A DNA stretch of 64,000 nt from a virus (IMGVR_UViG_3300031998_000027:52287-116286), one strand, 5' to 3'; shown: positions 11,501-21,405, numbered from the stretch's first letter. The notes: generated by a model from the sequence alone, not told the origin. A program made the numbers and translations.

Positions 11501-13528
11501 GATTTGTTTAATGCATTAGGATGGGATCCAGAGTTTCAACAAGTTCCAATTCAATCTGATGCAGTACAAGATCAATTAATTGAGTATCAAGATCCTTTTA
11601 CTGGTGAGACAAAAACTTATAAAGTTAGTGCTGAAGAAGCCGCAGCTGGATACATAACAGTTCCTACTCCAAAAGGTAAATCGCATAATTTTACTAAAAC
11701 TGGTTTTGATGCAAAGTCTCTTGCGTCTACTTTGAATGGAGGCGGAAGTTCTAAAAGTGGCGGAGGTGGAGGAAGTAATCCCGAATGGGAGAACCCATAT
11801 GACAGACTTTATAATTATCTTAAAGAAATAAATGGTCAGCTCCGCATCCGTGAGCAGCTTGAAAAGCGTTATCAACGTCTTCTTAATACCCATGCTGAAA
11901 CTGGTAAACTTCTTAAAGAAAATATAGATAATCAGATTGCTTCTCTTCAAGAACAAAATCGTTTACAAAAAATTATTAGTGATGAGCGTTTAAAGGATAT
12001 AAGAAAAATTCAAGCTGAAAATACTGACCTTAATAAATATGCCTATTTTGATGAAACGATTGGAGTTGGCGGCGAAGTTCAAATTGATTGGGATTTAATT
12101 AATGAAGTCGACGCTGCAAACGACGAAGAGCTTGGAAAACGCATTGAAGACTATATCAGCAAAATGGAAGAATGGGCAGACTCGCGCCATGAAGCCATTG
12201 ATGCAATTGAAGATAATACTGATGCAATTATTGAGTTGCGCGAGACTGGCAAAGAAGAATATAAAGATCTTGAAGACCGCGCGCTTGACGCTATTATTAA
12301 TCATCAACAAAAAATAATTGATGAGCAAGAAAAACTCAATGACGCAATTACTGAAGCTAATGAAGCTTTAACTGATGCAATTTCTAAAAACATTGAGAAA
12401 ATTCGCCAAGACCGTCAAAACCAAGAAACTGAGACTTCTCTTGCTGAGAAAGAGCGTCGTTTAGCTTATCTGCGTCAAGATACAACAGGTTCTAATGCAG
12501 TAGAAATCAAAAAGTTAGAACAAGACCTTGAGAAAGAGCGTCAAAACTACACCGATAGTTTAATTGACCAGTCTCTTAATGACCTAAAAGAACAAAATGA
12601 TGCGGCCGCGAAGCAACGTGAGAAACAAATTGAATTAATGCAGTCACAACTTGATTGGCAAACTGAAACTGGTTATTATGTAAATCAAGTTACTGAAATG
12701 GTTCAGAAGATGGTTGCTAAAGGTATAATTGATGAAACTGACCCATTATATGCATTACTTCAAGAAAATGAAGCTTATTATGAAAAGACTAATGCTTCTC
12801 GTCAAGAGTGGTTTGAAGAATTGAAGAAAACAATTGCAGAAGCTTATGTCTATCAAGAAAATGGCGGCACTGATAATGGTGGCGGCATTATGAGCAATAT
12901 GCTTACAGTTGCCGAGGCACAAGATTTAGCTACTTTTGCTGGGCTTGAACAGCAAAGGAATGAAAAAATCCGCTCTCAAGGTTTACAAGATGAATGGCCA
13001 GAGACTCGCATGGTCCAAAATTATAATAACGGTAAACAACAAAATATTGATACAGTAAATTCAAACTATATGCAAGATATGATAAATTCTGCGAATAGTG
13101 GTAATTGGGCTGAAGTTTTTAAATATGCTGGAATGCGAGATACAAAAATTGGAAATGATACAACAGAATCTTTCTGGGAAGCTTTTAGAATGTGGTATAA
13201 TGCAGGTCAACGCTGGAGCCAATATGCGTCTGGTGGTTTAGCTGATTATACTGGTCCTGCTTGGCTTGATGGCACAAAAACTCGACCTGAAATGGTTCTC
13301 AACGCGCGCGATACTCAAAACTTCCTTGAGTTGAGAGACCTCTTAAGTACAATGGCAAGCTCTGGTACAGGTAATAGTTCTGTTGGTAACTTCTATTGTG
13401 ACATTGATATTAATGTTGGAGAAGTTAGTAGTGACTATGATGTTGACCGCATAGCGGCGCGCATTAAACAATCTATTTATGAAGACACAACCTATAGAAA
13501 CGTTAATGCAATTAATTTCTTAAAATAA
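5588..13528 (+). CDS. Tape measure protein (~2646 aa)
   Basis: GGAGG SD before ATG 5588; long helical protein with TP901-type TMP core (GTAMKTVIARF), hydrophobic segments and C-terminal YASGGLADYTGPAWLDGT..PE motif. Confidence 0.92.
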   Translation: MADKKFNITFDVDANITPVKNAISGLQSALSKINIPENFKKGLTDTFTKLDNEIKNFESIASKGFTNLADVNKAEKSFDRVTDLLSKLRTEAARLKGVDPNKLLPKETIDKTKALHSEWVKLKAAMDKGFGNTAEIAKQNQELDKQNNKLEELQGKYNDLAAANKTMGARRGTLSQSLDADTKKATELVARMQELEKVKGGNRTAEYKQLSGQLEVLNGSIKRNQTEYDNLGKKINENKTAMAGYSTQITSTGNTISQITATIEQLKSAAQQTPEGLNQLREKLAEVKGVNLNEIPTDIDAIGREIQDLNVDQVRQLTQSIDGLEPPLKEATNATQGLGNAMDTASGQMREMTAREKEIEQLANRVKYFFSIGNTVQLFKRAVKSAINTVKELDEVMTQAAVVTKFDVSGMWAQLPEYTKRANELGVTVKGVYEASTLYYQQGLETEQVIGVTNETLKMAKIAGLDYATATNYMTSALRGFNMEVNELSAQKVNDIYSQLAAKTASNVEEISIAMSKVAPLAHNAGMEIETTAAMLAQMIEKTREAPETLGTAMKTVIARFQELKKDPALIEPVDGEMVDANKVETALNTIGVALRDTSGQFRQLDEVFLEISQKWDTLDVNTQRYIATIAAGSRQQSRFIAMMADYARTTDLVKLANNSAGASSEQFEKTQASLATALNRLKNAWDQFAMGLANNEVIKKVIDLITGFINIVNKAIDTISRGNSIVKSILNLGALLGGIKLAKAAFTGFFNWLLKGSKLIGAEAGASFGANIRKSLKSLEKAFAKTTWVGPNLTAARVEVQKLAAADLTTADAQDRLSAAQAIYNRLLKESISGLTLTNAQQAAANTLIGMGVDETLAQAAALSGLTKEEVDEIITKGINNKETEEQITARLVEVATIKTEAGAEAGLITTQKMGILTRLKYIGLLIFGTRKQREDAFSKLGMAGATATATAAQEAFNASLYACPIGWIIAGILALVAAMTILVVLVAKKFSLTEKMKNAAKETDAAKESANEAKQAYDDLLGDNEKYDELQKTLEDLTYGTIEWKQALVEVNNQVLELINKYPALIKFLERGQFGQLQISEAGWDQLIKEQENTMLNTQGALTLARSKEFEYQAQKALQDAKSLAIYTSSTVTGGNAPVASYTSIFDEDTFNYVKKLVDEGQVKDFADSVKNAGIASLLSAEEIEDLGQALINYRNVVIDTNNKINSSLEAFFITAISADKSTLLGGSAGNIAHAFSKKYSTNNERSIQEKSESIYKDDGYAEFRHNEYFQQLAAKYDVSAQMVGKDLEDLQTLYKAVKGVETIPQEIEKNKRALANAIAEVELSEVYTEAINKFTDQFITLSNNEQEILNLVMSEGLNYIDKNPEYLGDFYKKNQELLDQLYGSKEGFVHAWTEAVENGKQEIAEAKAKLIDTGILPNADELFGKGLDAGAISGLSENLIKVFEVSGTEAASTLANSIQDIVNQISNPEDAAKFATVLNSIDWSKTEQIEGLSDSLKELITSTDLSEEDLNELENQMILLAKATRTVDLEKVADQIKSLSKIQYNIKNGEQKGTFSEEDYKTLIDAGVASAGDFVYNLATDSWDYIGGSMEELNIALDNNTKALLGQEDLERGIEISKAARQTIEEVDTVNFSDATSLGNALGTFLEKTGGNNGIVSEDWLKYNQGDVDALAEKWREVVGEAVMLEDRENKLSDVIRTGEVTRAQNNSISSNVTRAMEATGGTLSVEKTPMIFGASEYTDALLAQGKALEVDQELLDKFNNSLKEGQWSYAGLYAQQIANIAATYEEAKANEIDIESVKQLADYYIKNGTLTEEQIDEANKLALAILKQKQGLESLSDSYETWSNNIRTMDKNSDEYRDSVEGMRKAIKQLTNTSKDLSDEFLTNEDTLQMVQDVLDGTEGSVEKLQKAIGQNFLDGLTFSGDPQALIDGILAYNPEIEIGTTINNNEFLNGLYDMMIDADATVAQIQDLFNALGWDPEFQQVPIQSDAVQDQLIEYQDPFTGETKTYKVSAEEAAAGYITVPTPKGKSHNFTKTGFDAKSLASTLNGGGSSKSGGGGGSNPEWENPYDRLYNYLKEINGQLRIREQLEKRYQRLLNTHAETGKLLKENIDNQIASLQEQNRLQKIISDERLKDIRKIQAENTDLNKYAYFDETIGVGGEVQIDWDLINEVDAANDEELGKRIEDYISKMEEWADSRHEAIDAIEDNTDAIIELRETGKEEYKDLEDRALDAIINHQQKIIDEQEKLNDAITEANEALTDAISKNIEKIRQDRQNQETETSLAEKERRLAYLRQDTTGSNAVEIKKLEQDLEKERQNYTDSLIDQSLNDLKEQNDAAAKQREKQIELMQSQLDWQTETGYYVNQVTEMVQKMVAKGIIDETDPLYALLQENEAYYEKTNASRQEWFEELKKTIAEAYVYQENGGTDNGGGIMSNMLTVAEAQDLATFAGLEQQRNEKIRSQGLQDEWPETRMVQNYNNGKQQNIDTVNSNYMQDMINSANSGNWAEVFKYAGMRDTKIGNDTTESFWEAFRMWYNAGQRWSQYASGGLADYTGPAWLDGTKTRPEMVLNARDTQNFLELRDLLSTMASSGTGNSSVGNFYCDIDINVGEVSSDYDVDRIAARIKQSIYEDTTYRNVNAINFLK

Positions 13529-13582
13529 TTGAAAGTTGGTAGGCGGCTTCGTGCCGCCTACCTCCTAAAAGGAGTTGAAAAA

Positions 13583-14647
13583 ATGAGTGCGCTAAAAGGA
13601 GATTTTATTGGTTTTACCTTTAATGGAATTCACTCAAGTGAACTTGGGTTAATTAGAGTTAGTGGAGGTAGTCGCTACGATGAAAATCTACTCCCGACTA
13701 TTCAAGACAAAACCGTCCAAGTACCCGGCGCTGACGGCACCTATTATTATGGAAGCTATTTTACTCAGCGGCCTATTAATATTTCTGTTGCTTTTGATAA
13801 TTTGAGTGAGGAACAGTTTCATAGGATTAGAACGGTTTTTGGCGACAAGAAAATTCACGATTTAATTTTTGATGAAACTCCTTATAAGGTTTATCGGGTT
13901 AAGGCCACAGGCACGCCTAATTTGAAATATGTGTGCTTTGATAAGGAACCTGATGAATTAGATAGGGATTATAATAGAGAGAAGATAATAAAGTCAAAAC
14001 AGGACTTATATGGTATTGGCGCGAGGTCACCTTATGGTAGGGTTTATAAGGGTGAAGGGCAGTTAAATTTTGTTTGCTATTCACCTTTCGCGCGGAGCAG
14101 ATTTAAGTATATTGACCAATATACTATTGATAATATACCCGAATGGGGTTCTATGGATACAATTTCAGCTAATGATGTACATTATAACTTATATGATTGG
14201 GTTGATAGCGCGGGACTGAAGCTGTCTAATGCGGCGGTCAATGGGAAGGTTATCGACCAAGTTACTAGTGAAGGAGTTATGTATTATAATCCAGGAGATA
14301 GGCCGACGGATTTTATTCTTAAATTTGTTATAGGACAAAATGAAAGTTTTAGCGGTATTACAATTAATGAAGCAATAAGTGATAAATTTATTACTATTGC
14401 ACCGTTTTCATTAATTAATGATGATATTGGTTTTCAAATTAACACAAAATTAAATTTAATTGAGGGATTAAAAGAAATTACTGGTTCAGACCATCAATAT
14501 GAAGTTTCTGGAATTATTTATAATCAATATATTGAAGAAGGAGACTTTTTTAAGCTGCCAATAGTAGAAGATTTAAAATGGCTTTCTTTTGATGATGATA
14601 TAAGTTTTACTTCTGCTTCAATTGAGTACAATTATCTCTACTTCTAA
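13583..14647 (+). CDS. Distal tail protein (Dit-like)
   Basis: AAGGAG SD; FTFNGIHSSELGL..VPGADG..LIFDETPYKVY N-terminus; follows TMP. Confidence 0.75.
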   Translation: MSALKGDFIGFTFNGIHSSELGLIRVSGGSRYDENLLPTIQDKTVQVPGADGTYYYGSYFTQRPINISVAFDNLSEEQFHRIRTVFGDKKIHDLIFDETPYKVYRVKATGTPNLKYVCFDKEPDELDRDYNREKIIKSKQDLYGIGARSPYGRVYKGEGQLNFVCYSPFARSRFKYIDQYTIDNIPEWGSMDTISANDVHYNLYDWVDSAGLKLSNAAVNGKVIDQVTSEGVMYYNPGDRPTDFILKFVIGQNESFSGITINEAISDKFITIAPFSLINDDIGFQINTKLNLIEGLKEITGSDHQYEVSGIIYNQYIEEGDFFKLPIVEDLKWLSFDDDISFTSASIEYNYLYF

Positions 14648-14659
14648 GGAGGGCTTACA

Positions 14660-17600
14660 ATGGATGAATTAAAAAAACCTTATAAAATAACCCTCTGGGA
14701 AGATAAACCTCAATATACTTATGACCAGCAAGACAATGTAAAAAATCAATGGTTAGAAGAAGTTTGTATTGCGACGATTGGCTCTAATACAATGGATACA
14801 CCAATTCGCGCCTTCAACCCAATTTTAACAGAGGATTTAAATGGAAGTAAAACCTTTACTTTTACAACTTATTATCGTTATTGGGATGATGAAGCTGAAG
14901 ACTTCAAAATAAATCCTTTTACAAACCTTCTTGTAAACGAAAGAAAAGTTAAGCTTAAATATGATGACCAATGGTATGACTTCGTCATAAAACAAGTTCA
15001 AGAAAACTCTGAAACTAATACATTTACTTATACTTGTAAAGATTTGTTTGTAAATGAGCTTGGTAAGACGGGTTATGATGTGGAATTAAATGTTGAACTT
15101 CAAAATAATATGGGTACTGTTACCGAATTAGGTAAAGCCATATTAGACGGTTCAACTTGGACCGTTGATGAAGTAAATTCAGATACTCTGCGGCAGTATA
15201 ATAAGGAAAGTTTATATATAATTCAGATTGCTAGTTCTCAGACTACAACTGATATGTTAGATGATAATACTACGATTACAATTCCTGCGGATACTCCTCT
15301 TTATGTTTTCTATTCTTGTGTTATTAATAAAGAGGCGCCAGGTCAAATATTGTGGGTTGATGGAGAGCCTAAAATTGACGACCAAGGCTTTATTACTAAT
15401 GGAATTAACTGTAAGATAAGTATATCAAATGAAGCTTATGAAGCAGCAGTGCCTGCGACTTATTTTGGTAGTAAATTAATTCAAAAACAACAATCAAAGT
15501 TCTATCCACAAATAGAAGAAACCTGTTATCTTTGGGAAAAAGATGGTTCTCAATATTATGCTTATACTGAAACTGAATATACCTCATCTGCGGAAATTCA
15601 GCAACTTTTAAGTAATAATAGTGATTTTATGACTACTAATGGTTGGTCAAGAGATGTGGATAGTGGCTCAACTGTTATGCTTGGAACGATTGAGTTTGGA
15701 AATACTTTCCATCAATCAATTCATTTTGCGGCAGGCCCTGGAAATACAAGCTATGTACATAATAGTGGATTTTATGATAATCGCGCACAATTTTCACCAG
15801 GTGGTACAGTTCAAGGAGAGCCTTTTATTTTAGCAGTTAAGACTAATAATAATAGTTTAATTAGTGGTGCTACTGTTGTAGCATTACATAAAGATGATGC
15901 AAGTAACAATAAGAGTTTGTTTACTTTTTCTACTACTATATTACCGGATACTGATACAGGACTATTAAAATTAGATGAAGATGGCTATAAGATTTTTAGA
16001 GCGGCTTGTGCTAATTCAATTGCTTATCAATCTTTAGTAAATGAATATGGAAATATTGATTTTAAGCTTGCGTTTACTGCCGATGTAGATTTAATTGATA
16101 TAAAAGTCTTCAAACAAAGATATGATAGTGAAGGAAATACAATTATACCAGATATGGATAATATTTCCTATACACAAATTAATAATCCAACTGGTAATCC
16201 TCAAACTCAAGGCTGGTATGAAGACGGCGCGAATGGAGTTAAAGTTCCAACAACAGATACCTCTGTTGTAGAAGGAAAGGTTTATTATTCTGGTGCGACT
16301 AATTCTATTATAAGAGTTTATTACAATATGTTCCCCTCTAACACGAACTTTGATGAGGTTTATGGGAAAGAAGATTTAGAAATTATTGCTAGAGTTGAAG
16401 GTCCAGATGGTTATACTCCTGTTCTTTCTACAAATTATGAAAAGGTTACAAGCATAACCGGCGCAAAATCAAATCGTTTTAATTTAATCCAAAATTGTTG
16501 TGAAGCTTTTGAGTGTTGGGCAAAATTTGTAATTGAACATGATTCAAAGGGTAGAGCGGTTTATGAATATGTGCCTTTGGCTGAACAAGAATTTGAACTT
16601 GGCGGCCGGTACTATCAACGTACGGACGGACAGTCCGGCGCATCCTCAGACGATAGCAAGTTCCAAATTTATACTGGAGAGACATATGTTAGCGGACTTT
16701 ATAAGAAGGTTTATCATAAATATGTAGTCTTTAAAGAGTTTATTGGTCAAGATAATCCTGTTGGGTTCCGTTATGGGATTAACCTTAAATCAATTACGCG
16801 GCAGTTAGTTTCTGACCAAATTGCCACAAAAGTTATTGTTCAGGCTGCGGCTAACGACTTGGCGCCAAATGGAGTTTGTACTATTCAGCAAGCCAATCTT
16901 AATCCAACTGGTGAAAATGCATTATATAACTTCCAATATTTTATCAACCATGAATTAATAGATAAGGACAGTCTATATGATGATTTATATGGTACTAATG
17001 GCGGCATTGGTTTATTTACAAGACTCCATCAGTTAAATTCTCAGTCTAGACCAATAATTGAAGAGCTTGCAAAGATTGGCGCAGACCTTAATACGCTTGA
17101 AAGTAGAGATACTGTTTATACAACGCTTTTAACTGAGGCAGAAAATAAGAGACAAGATATTATTAATGAGTTAAGTGCGGCCGGCTATAGTGACGATACA
17201 ATAATGAGCGGCGGTGAGTATATAACAAAATTACGCAATCAGCGTGATAGTTATACTTCTACAATTACTCACTATACTCAACTTAAACAAGAAATTGCTA
17301 ACCTTCTTTATTCAACTCGCAACACTTATCAAGCAAAAGTTCGTTTACTTAATAAAATTATGGAACAGAAAACCGCGATTAATAATGAGTTCCATAGTAA
17401 ATATTCACAGTTCATTCAAGAAGGGACTTGGACTTCTAATGATTACTATGACCCGAACTTATATTTTGATGCAGCAAATATGGTTTCATTTACTTCCGCT
17501 TTTCCACAAGTTTCTTATACAATTAATGTAATAGAGATTAGTGAGATTGAAGGATTTGAACCTTATAAGTTTAAGATTGGTGATAAGACTTATGTAGAAG

Positions 17601-18910
17601 ATATTGAGTTCTTTGGATATGATGATAAACATAGACCTTATAAAGAAGAAATTGTAGTTTCTCAAGTTAAAATTAATTTAGATGACCCTTCACAGAATAC
17701 CTTAACTGTTAGAAACTATAAAACACAATTCCAGGATTTATTCCAAAGAATTGCGGCAACCTCTCAGTCTTTACAATATCATGAAGGTGAATACAATAGG
17801 GCGGCCGCGGCAGTAACTTCTGAAGGTACGATTGATACTGATATAATGCAGAATAGTCTTATTAATAATATGTTAATAATTCAAAATGCAAAGAATCAGA
17901 ATGTTGTTTGGGATGATACTGGAATTACGATTTCCAATTCTAAAAATCCGAATGAGATTGTAAAGTTAACTAGTGGCGGAATTGTTCTCACTGGAGATGG
18001 TGGTCAAAGCTGGACTACTGGTATTACGGGTAGTGGAATTAATGCAAATATAATTACTGCGGGTAGAATTGATACTAGTAGAATTAGGATTTTTAATGAA
18101 GGGCAACAAACTTTTGAATGGAATGGGAAAGGAATTCATGCCTTCGCCATGGATGATGGACAGGTTCAATATGGGCAGTTTGTCAGATTTGATAAATATG
18201 GTTTATATGGATATGCCGGCGGCGATCCAGATTGGGACCCAGATGTGCAGGTACAAAGTGAGACGACTGGTATTAGTAAAGTTATAAGAGACTCGATTTT
18301 TTCATTAACTTGGGAAGGATTAAATATTAATATTCCACCTAATTCACAAACTGTTGATGTTATAAATGTTAATAATGGAACTTTTAAGGTTGACAAAAAT
18401 GGCAATTTAACTTGTAATAATGCTTCTATTAATAATGGTAGTTTTAGTGGTAATATTTATGCTAGTGGTACTATTACTAGTGGTACAGATATTTATTCTC
18501 CTAATATTTATGCACAGAAATTTAGTGTCTTACCATTAAACCCATTACCAAGAGGAGTGGGAGAGAGTTCTGGTTTTTCTATTTATGCCAATATACCTAG
18601 TATTAATCAATGTGTAGAATTTTTTAATATTCATTTAGAGGATGTTAGTGGCGGGACTATGACTCGTTTTCATAATCCTGCAATTGGACCTCTTTCCATA
18701 GAATATAGCACAATATCATTACAAGCCTCAACATTATATTTAGATGATATATCTTTAGTCCTTTTTTCTTCTAATGGTATTGTTAATTTTAATAATGCAA
18801 CTGTAACAAACTTAAATGTTCCAGCTTCTTCTGTGACTGGCCTTACCATATCTGATGTAAGTGGCCTTCGTTCAGAATTAGACCAGCTTTGGGCAGCAAT
18901 TGGCTCATAA
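14660..18910 (+). CDS. Tail tip / Tal-like protein (1416 aa)
   Basis: Follows Dit; GINLKSITR, KIGDKTYV..I.LDDP motifs; coiled coil; C-terminal GITGSGINANIITAGRIDT spike repeats. Confidence 0.75.
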   Translation: MDELKKPYKITLWEDKPQYTYDQQDNVKNQWLEEVCIATIGSNTMDTPIRAFNPILTEDLNGSKTFTFTTYYRYWDDEAEDFKINPFTNLLVNERKVKLKYDDQWYDFVIKQVQENSETNTFTYTCKDLFVNELGKTGYDVELNVELQNNMGTVTELGKAILDGSTWTVDEVNSDTLRQYNKESLYIIQIASSQTTTDMLDDNTTITIPADTPLYVFYSCVINKEAPGQILWVDGEPKIDDQGFITNGINCKISISNEAYEAAVPATYFGSKLIQKQQSKFYPQIEETCYLWEKDGSQYYAYTETEYTSSAEIQQLLSNNSDFMTTNGWSRDVDSGSTVMLGTIEFGNTFHQSIHFAAGPGNTSYVHNSGFYDNRAQFSPGGTVQGEPFILAVKTNNNSLISGATVVALHKDDASNNKSLFTFSTTILPDTDTGLLKLDEDGYKIFRAACANSIAYQSLVNEYGNIDFKLAFTADVDLIDIKVFKQRYDSEGNTIIPDMDNISYTQINNPTGNPQTQGWYEDGANGVKVPTTDTSVVEGKVYYSGATNSIIRVYYNMFPSNTNFDEVYGKEDLEIIARVEGPDGYTPVLSTNYEKVTSITGAKSNRFNLIQNCCEAFECWAKFVIEHDSKGRAVYEYVPLAEQEFELGGRYYQRTDGQSGASSDDSKFQIYTGETYVSGLYKKVYHKYVVFKEFIGQDNPVGFRYGINLKSITRQLVSDQIATKVIVQAAANDLAPNGVCTIQQANLNPTGENALYNFQYFINHELIDKDSLYDDLYGTNGGIGLFTRLHQLNSQSRPIIEELAKIGADLNTLESRDTVYTTLLTEAENKRQDIINELSAAGYSDDTIMSGGEYITKLRNQRDSYTSTITHYTQLKQEIANLLYSTRNTYQAKVRLLNKIMEQKTAINNEFHSKYSQFIQEGTWTSNDYYDPNLYFDAANMVSFTSAFPQVSYTINVIEISEIEGFEPYKFKIGDKTYVEDIEFFGYDDKHRPYKEEIVVSQVKINLDDPSQNTLTVRNYKTQFQDLFQRIAATSQSLQYHEGEYNRAAAAVTSEGTIDTDIMQNSLINNMLIIQNAKNQNVVWDDTGITISNSKNPNEIVKLTSGGIVLTGDGGQSWTTGITGSGINANIITAGRIDTSRIRIFNEGQQTFEWNGKGIHAFAMDDGQVQYGQFVRFDKYGLYGYAGGDPDWDPDVQVQSETTGISKVIRDSIFSLTWEGLNINIPPNSQTVDVINVNNGTFKVDKNGNLTCNNASINNGSFSGNIYASGTITSGTDIYSPNIYAQKFSVLPLNPLPRGVGESSGFSIYANIPSINQCVEFFNIHLEDVSGGTMTRFHNPAIGPLSIEYSTISLQASTLYLDDISLVLFSSNGIVNFNNATVTNLNVPASSVTGLTISDVSGLRSELDQLWAAIGS

Positions 18911-18953
18911 AATTTGATTTCTCCTCAAATTTCTGTTATAATAATAATAGAAA
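18910..18953 (+). promoter_or_regulatory. sigmaA-like promoter, repeated phage motif
   Basis: TTGATT-17-(TG)TTATAAT..TAGAAA. Confidence 0.7.
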
Positions 18954-18971
18954 ATAAAAGGAGTTGACAAA

Positions 18972-19361
18972 ATGACACTTAAATTTTTTGACCTCGCGGC
19001 TTTTACTGATGCGTATCAATCTATAAAAGATACTTCTCTTCCTTTTGCTCTTGCTTATCAACTTCTTTCCATCAATAAGGCAGTAAATGATTGTATTGCT
19101 TTCTATCGTGACCAATATAATAAGCTGCTTGAAGAATATGGAATGAAGAATGATGATGGGACTTATAAAATAAGCGAGGATGGCGCGGCCTTTCTCTTAA
19201 AGGAAGAGACAATTCAAGAAGCTCGTCAAAAGTTCTTTGAACTTGATAATTCTGAGTTTCCGATTGATGTAAAACCAATTCCAATTAGCGCACTTGAAAA
19301 ACTCAATCTTTCTCCCTCCAAACTGACCGGACTCCTTCCGTTTATAGAGAAAGATGAATAA
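18972..19361 (+). CDS. Hypothetical protein
   Basis: AAGGAG SD, own promoter, 129 aa. Confidence 0.65.
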   Translation: MTLKFFDLAAFTDAYQSIKDTSLPFALAYQLLSINKAVNDCIAFYRDQYNKLLEEYGMKNDDGTYKISEDGAAFLLKEETIQEARQKFFELDNSEFPIDVKPIPISALEKLNLSPSKLTGLLPFIEKDE

Positions 19362-19400
19362 AAGAAAAGACCTACTGTTAATTCAGTAGGTCTTCTTTTT
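19361..19400. terminator. Bidirectional terminator between convergent blocks
   Basis: AAGAAAAGACCTACTG-TTAATT-CAGTAGGTCTTCTTTT. Confidence 0.8.
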
Positions 19401-20115
19401 ATTCCCAAACTTCAATTGTTGGCTTTTTAGATTTTGTAATTGCATAGTGCCCAATACCAATGGCATCGGCGCAGTCATCTGTAACTGTTACATCATACCA
19501 CTCTTTTATTCGGAGTTGCATAGAACGCTTTTTATCTGCTCTCGTTTTTCCTTTTATATCACAATAATTGCGCCAGGTAGCTGTATGACAAACCATATAT
19601 TCAATACCAAGTTCACAAATTGTACTCATTAAAATACCTTGAAGGCGCGCGAGCTTAGCATACGTAACAGCGCCAAACTTTTCTTCATATTGAATTCCCT
19701 CAAGTGCGATAAAATCAGGTTCCCAATTACTAATCATTTGGATTAGCCAATTCTTAATCTGAATATCGCGCTTAATTTCATCTTCAATATTAGACTCAAA
19801 GGTTCCATAACGTAGAAGGCGGCCGTCTGAGAAAAGCGCCCAACCACTTATATGCGTGGCTTGGTCTAATGCTAAAACTCGATGTTCGCCTTTTTTCTTT
19901 GGAAGAAGTGTTTGCTCAACTTCTTTGAGTTGATTTTGATTGCAGATGGGGCATTCACGTCTTGCACGAATTTTTTTCCATGTGCTAAAGACTTGATGCC
20001 CCTCTGGACAAGCAAAAACCAATTCGCTATCTAAATTCTTATATTCTTCGGAAAGTAGTGTCCAATTATCTGGAGCTATTTCTTCTTTTATCTGGTCAAT
20101 TGTAATGCGTGCCAT
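19399..20115 (-). CDS. ruvC: RuvC-like Holliday junction resolvase with N-terminal Zn-binding domain
   Basis: VLALDQATHISGWA, IALEGIQ, DDCADAIGIG acidic motifs; CPEGH..CPIC N-terminus. Confidence 0.75.
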   Translation of the reverse strand: MARITIDQIKEEIAPDNWTLLSEEYKNLDSELVFACPEGHQVFSTWKKIRARRECPICNQNQLKEVEQTLLPKKKGEHRVLALDQATHISGWALFSDGRLLRYGTFESNIEDEIKRDIQIKNWLIQMISNWEPDFIALEGIQYEEKFGAVTYAKLARLQGILMSTICELGIEYMVCHTATWRNYCDIKGKTRADKKRSMQLRIKEWYDVTVTDDCADAIGIGHYAITKSKKPTIEVWE

Positions 20116-21047
20116 TAAAGAAGTCCTGTACTACCAAAGCCGCCACCGCGGTTTTCACCAATTTCAGAAACTGCTTCAACTCTGAAAAAGGCGACTTTTG
20201 GTACCTCAGAAAAAACTAATTGAGCAAACTTTTCCCCCTTTCCTATTGTATATGATTGACCGAACTCAATATCAGAAAAATGAATAACTGGATCTTTATT
20301 TTCAATATTCCAATTAGTTATATCAATTTTACGAATTGGAGGGTCAATATTTTCAATTATAACCCCAACTTCATCCCTATAGCCTGCATCAATGGTGCCT
20401 GGCGTATTAGCGATGCGAAGTTTAGTTTTGAGTGCGCGCCCACTCTTAGGACGAACCTGAAGCTCATATCCTGGTGGTAACGCGACCTTAAATCCAGTTG
20501 GAATTAGCTTTGTCTCACCTGGCGCGATTGTATAATCATCAAGAGCATAAATATCTAAGCCGCTATCATCAATATTGGCGTATTGAGGGATTTTGGCTTC
20601 GGGGTGACAAAGCTCAATTGGAACCTGAATTATGCGCTTTGCAATACCCTCAGTTTCTTGAATAGCATTAATAATTGAAGAAATAAATTCAAGGAAAAAG
20701 TCTTTCTTTTGGCGCGAAAGACCTTCTACTTTTTCAATTTCATCAGCCATTGGCATAAAGGCATCAAGGAGGTCCTCAGCCTTGCCGCCAGATGCATTTA
20801 AAGATTGTACGAGAGCAATCTTATCGTTTGGATTATTAAGAGTTTGCTGGAAGCTTTGTAATACTCCTGGTGCAACAAGCTTGAAGTTATCCTCATCCAT
20901 TGAAAGAAGAGTTACTAACTGACGAAAAGGCTCAACAGATTCATCTGTATTTTCATCGCCTAAAAGGTCAGTTAAAACATCTGCGACTTCTTTAACTTGG
21001 TCATGGGTTACTTCTTCTGTCGGCAGTTGGATTATATTTTCATCCAT
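20115..21047 (-). CDS. dut: Trimeric dUTPase with N-terminal extension
   Basis: SGLDI, RPKSG, GTIDAGYRDE, AQL and RGGGFGSTG motifs. Confidence 0.92.
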   Translation of the reverse strand: MDENIIQLPTEEVTHDQVKEVADVLTDLLGDENTDESVEPFRQLVTLLSMDEDNFKLVAPGVLQSFQQTLNNPNDKIALVQSLNASGGKAEDLLDAFMPMADEIEKVEGLSRQKKDFFLEFISSIINAIQETEGIAKRIIQVPIELCHPEAKIPQYANIDDSGLDIYALDDYTIAPGETKLIPTGFKVALPPGYELQVRPKSGRALKTKLRIANTPGTIDAGYRDEVGVIIENIDPPIRKIDITNWNIENKDPVIHFSDIEFGQSYTIGKGEKFAQLVFSEVPKVAFFRVEAVSEIGENRGGGFGSTGLL

Positions 21048-21405
21048 TTGTATCACTTCCTGTGTAGCAAGCATAAGTTATATTTGGATTCTTTGTGCTG
21101 CTATTAATGTAAGCAGTCTTTATGTTTGAGCCAGAAGAGGTTGTAAATTCTGGTGTGGTATTTGAATGATTAGAACCACAAGTCCAAGTAATCTCAGGAG
21201 TTGAGGTAGTTATTGTTCTATAAGGACAGCCCCAATAGCCATAAGGACAACTATTATTATAAATATATGTAGGGAGGGACCCTGAGGCTGCCTTACCAGC
21301 ATTATAGCCTCTATTATATTCTTCTTCTAAAAGCTTTTCAAGCTGGTCTTTAGTTAGGTCGACTTTCTTAGTCTTACTATCAACATAAACTATCACTCTT
21401 CCCAC
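21040..21405 (-). CDS. Hypothetical protein
   Basis: Coupled ORF; EEEYNRGYNAGK motif and Ser/Thr-rich tail. Confidence 0.5.
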   Translation of the reverse strand: MGRVIVYVDSKTKKVDLTKDQLEKLLEEEYNRGYNAGKAASGSLPTYIYNNSCPYGYWGCPYRTITTSTPEITWTCGSNHSNTTPEFTTSSGSNIKTAYINSSTKNPNITYACYTGSDTNG

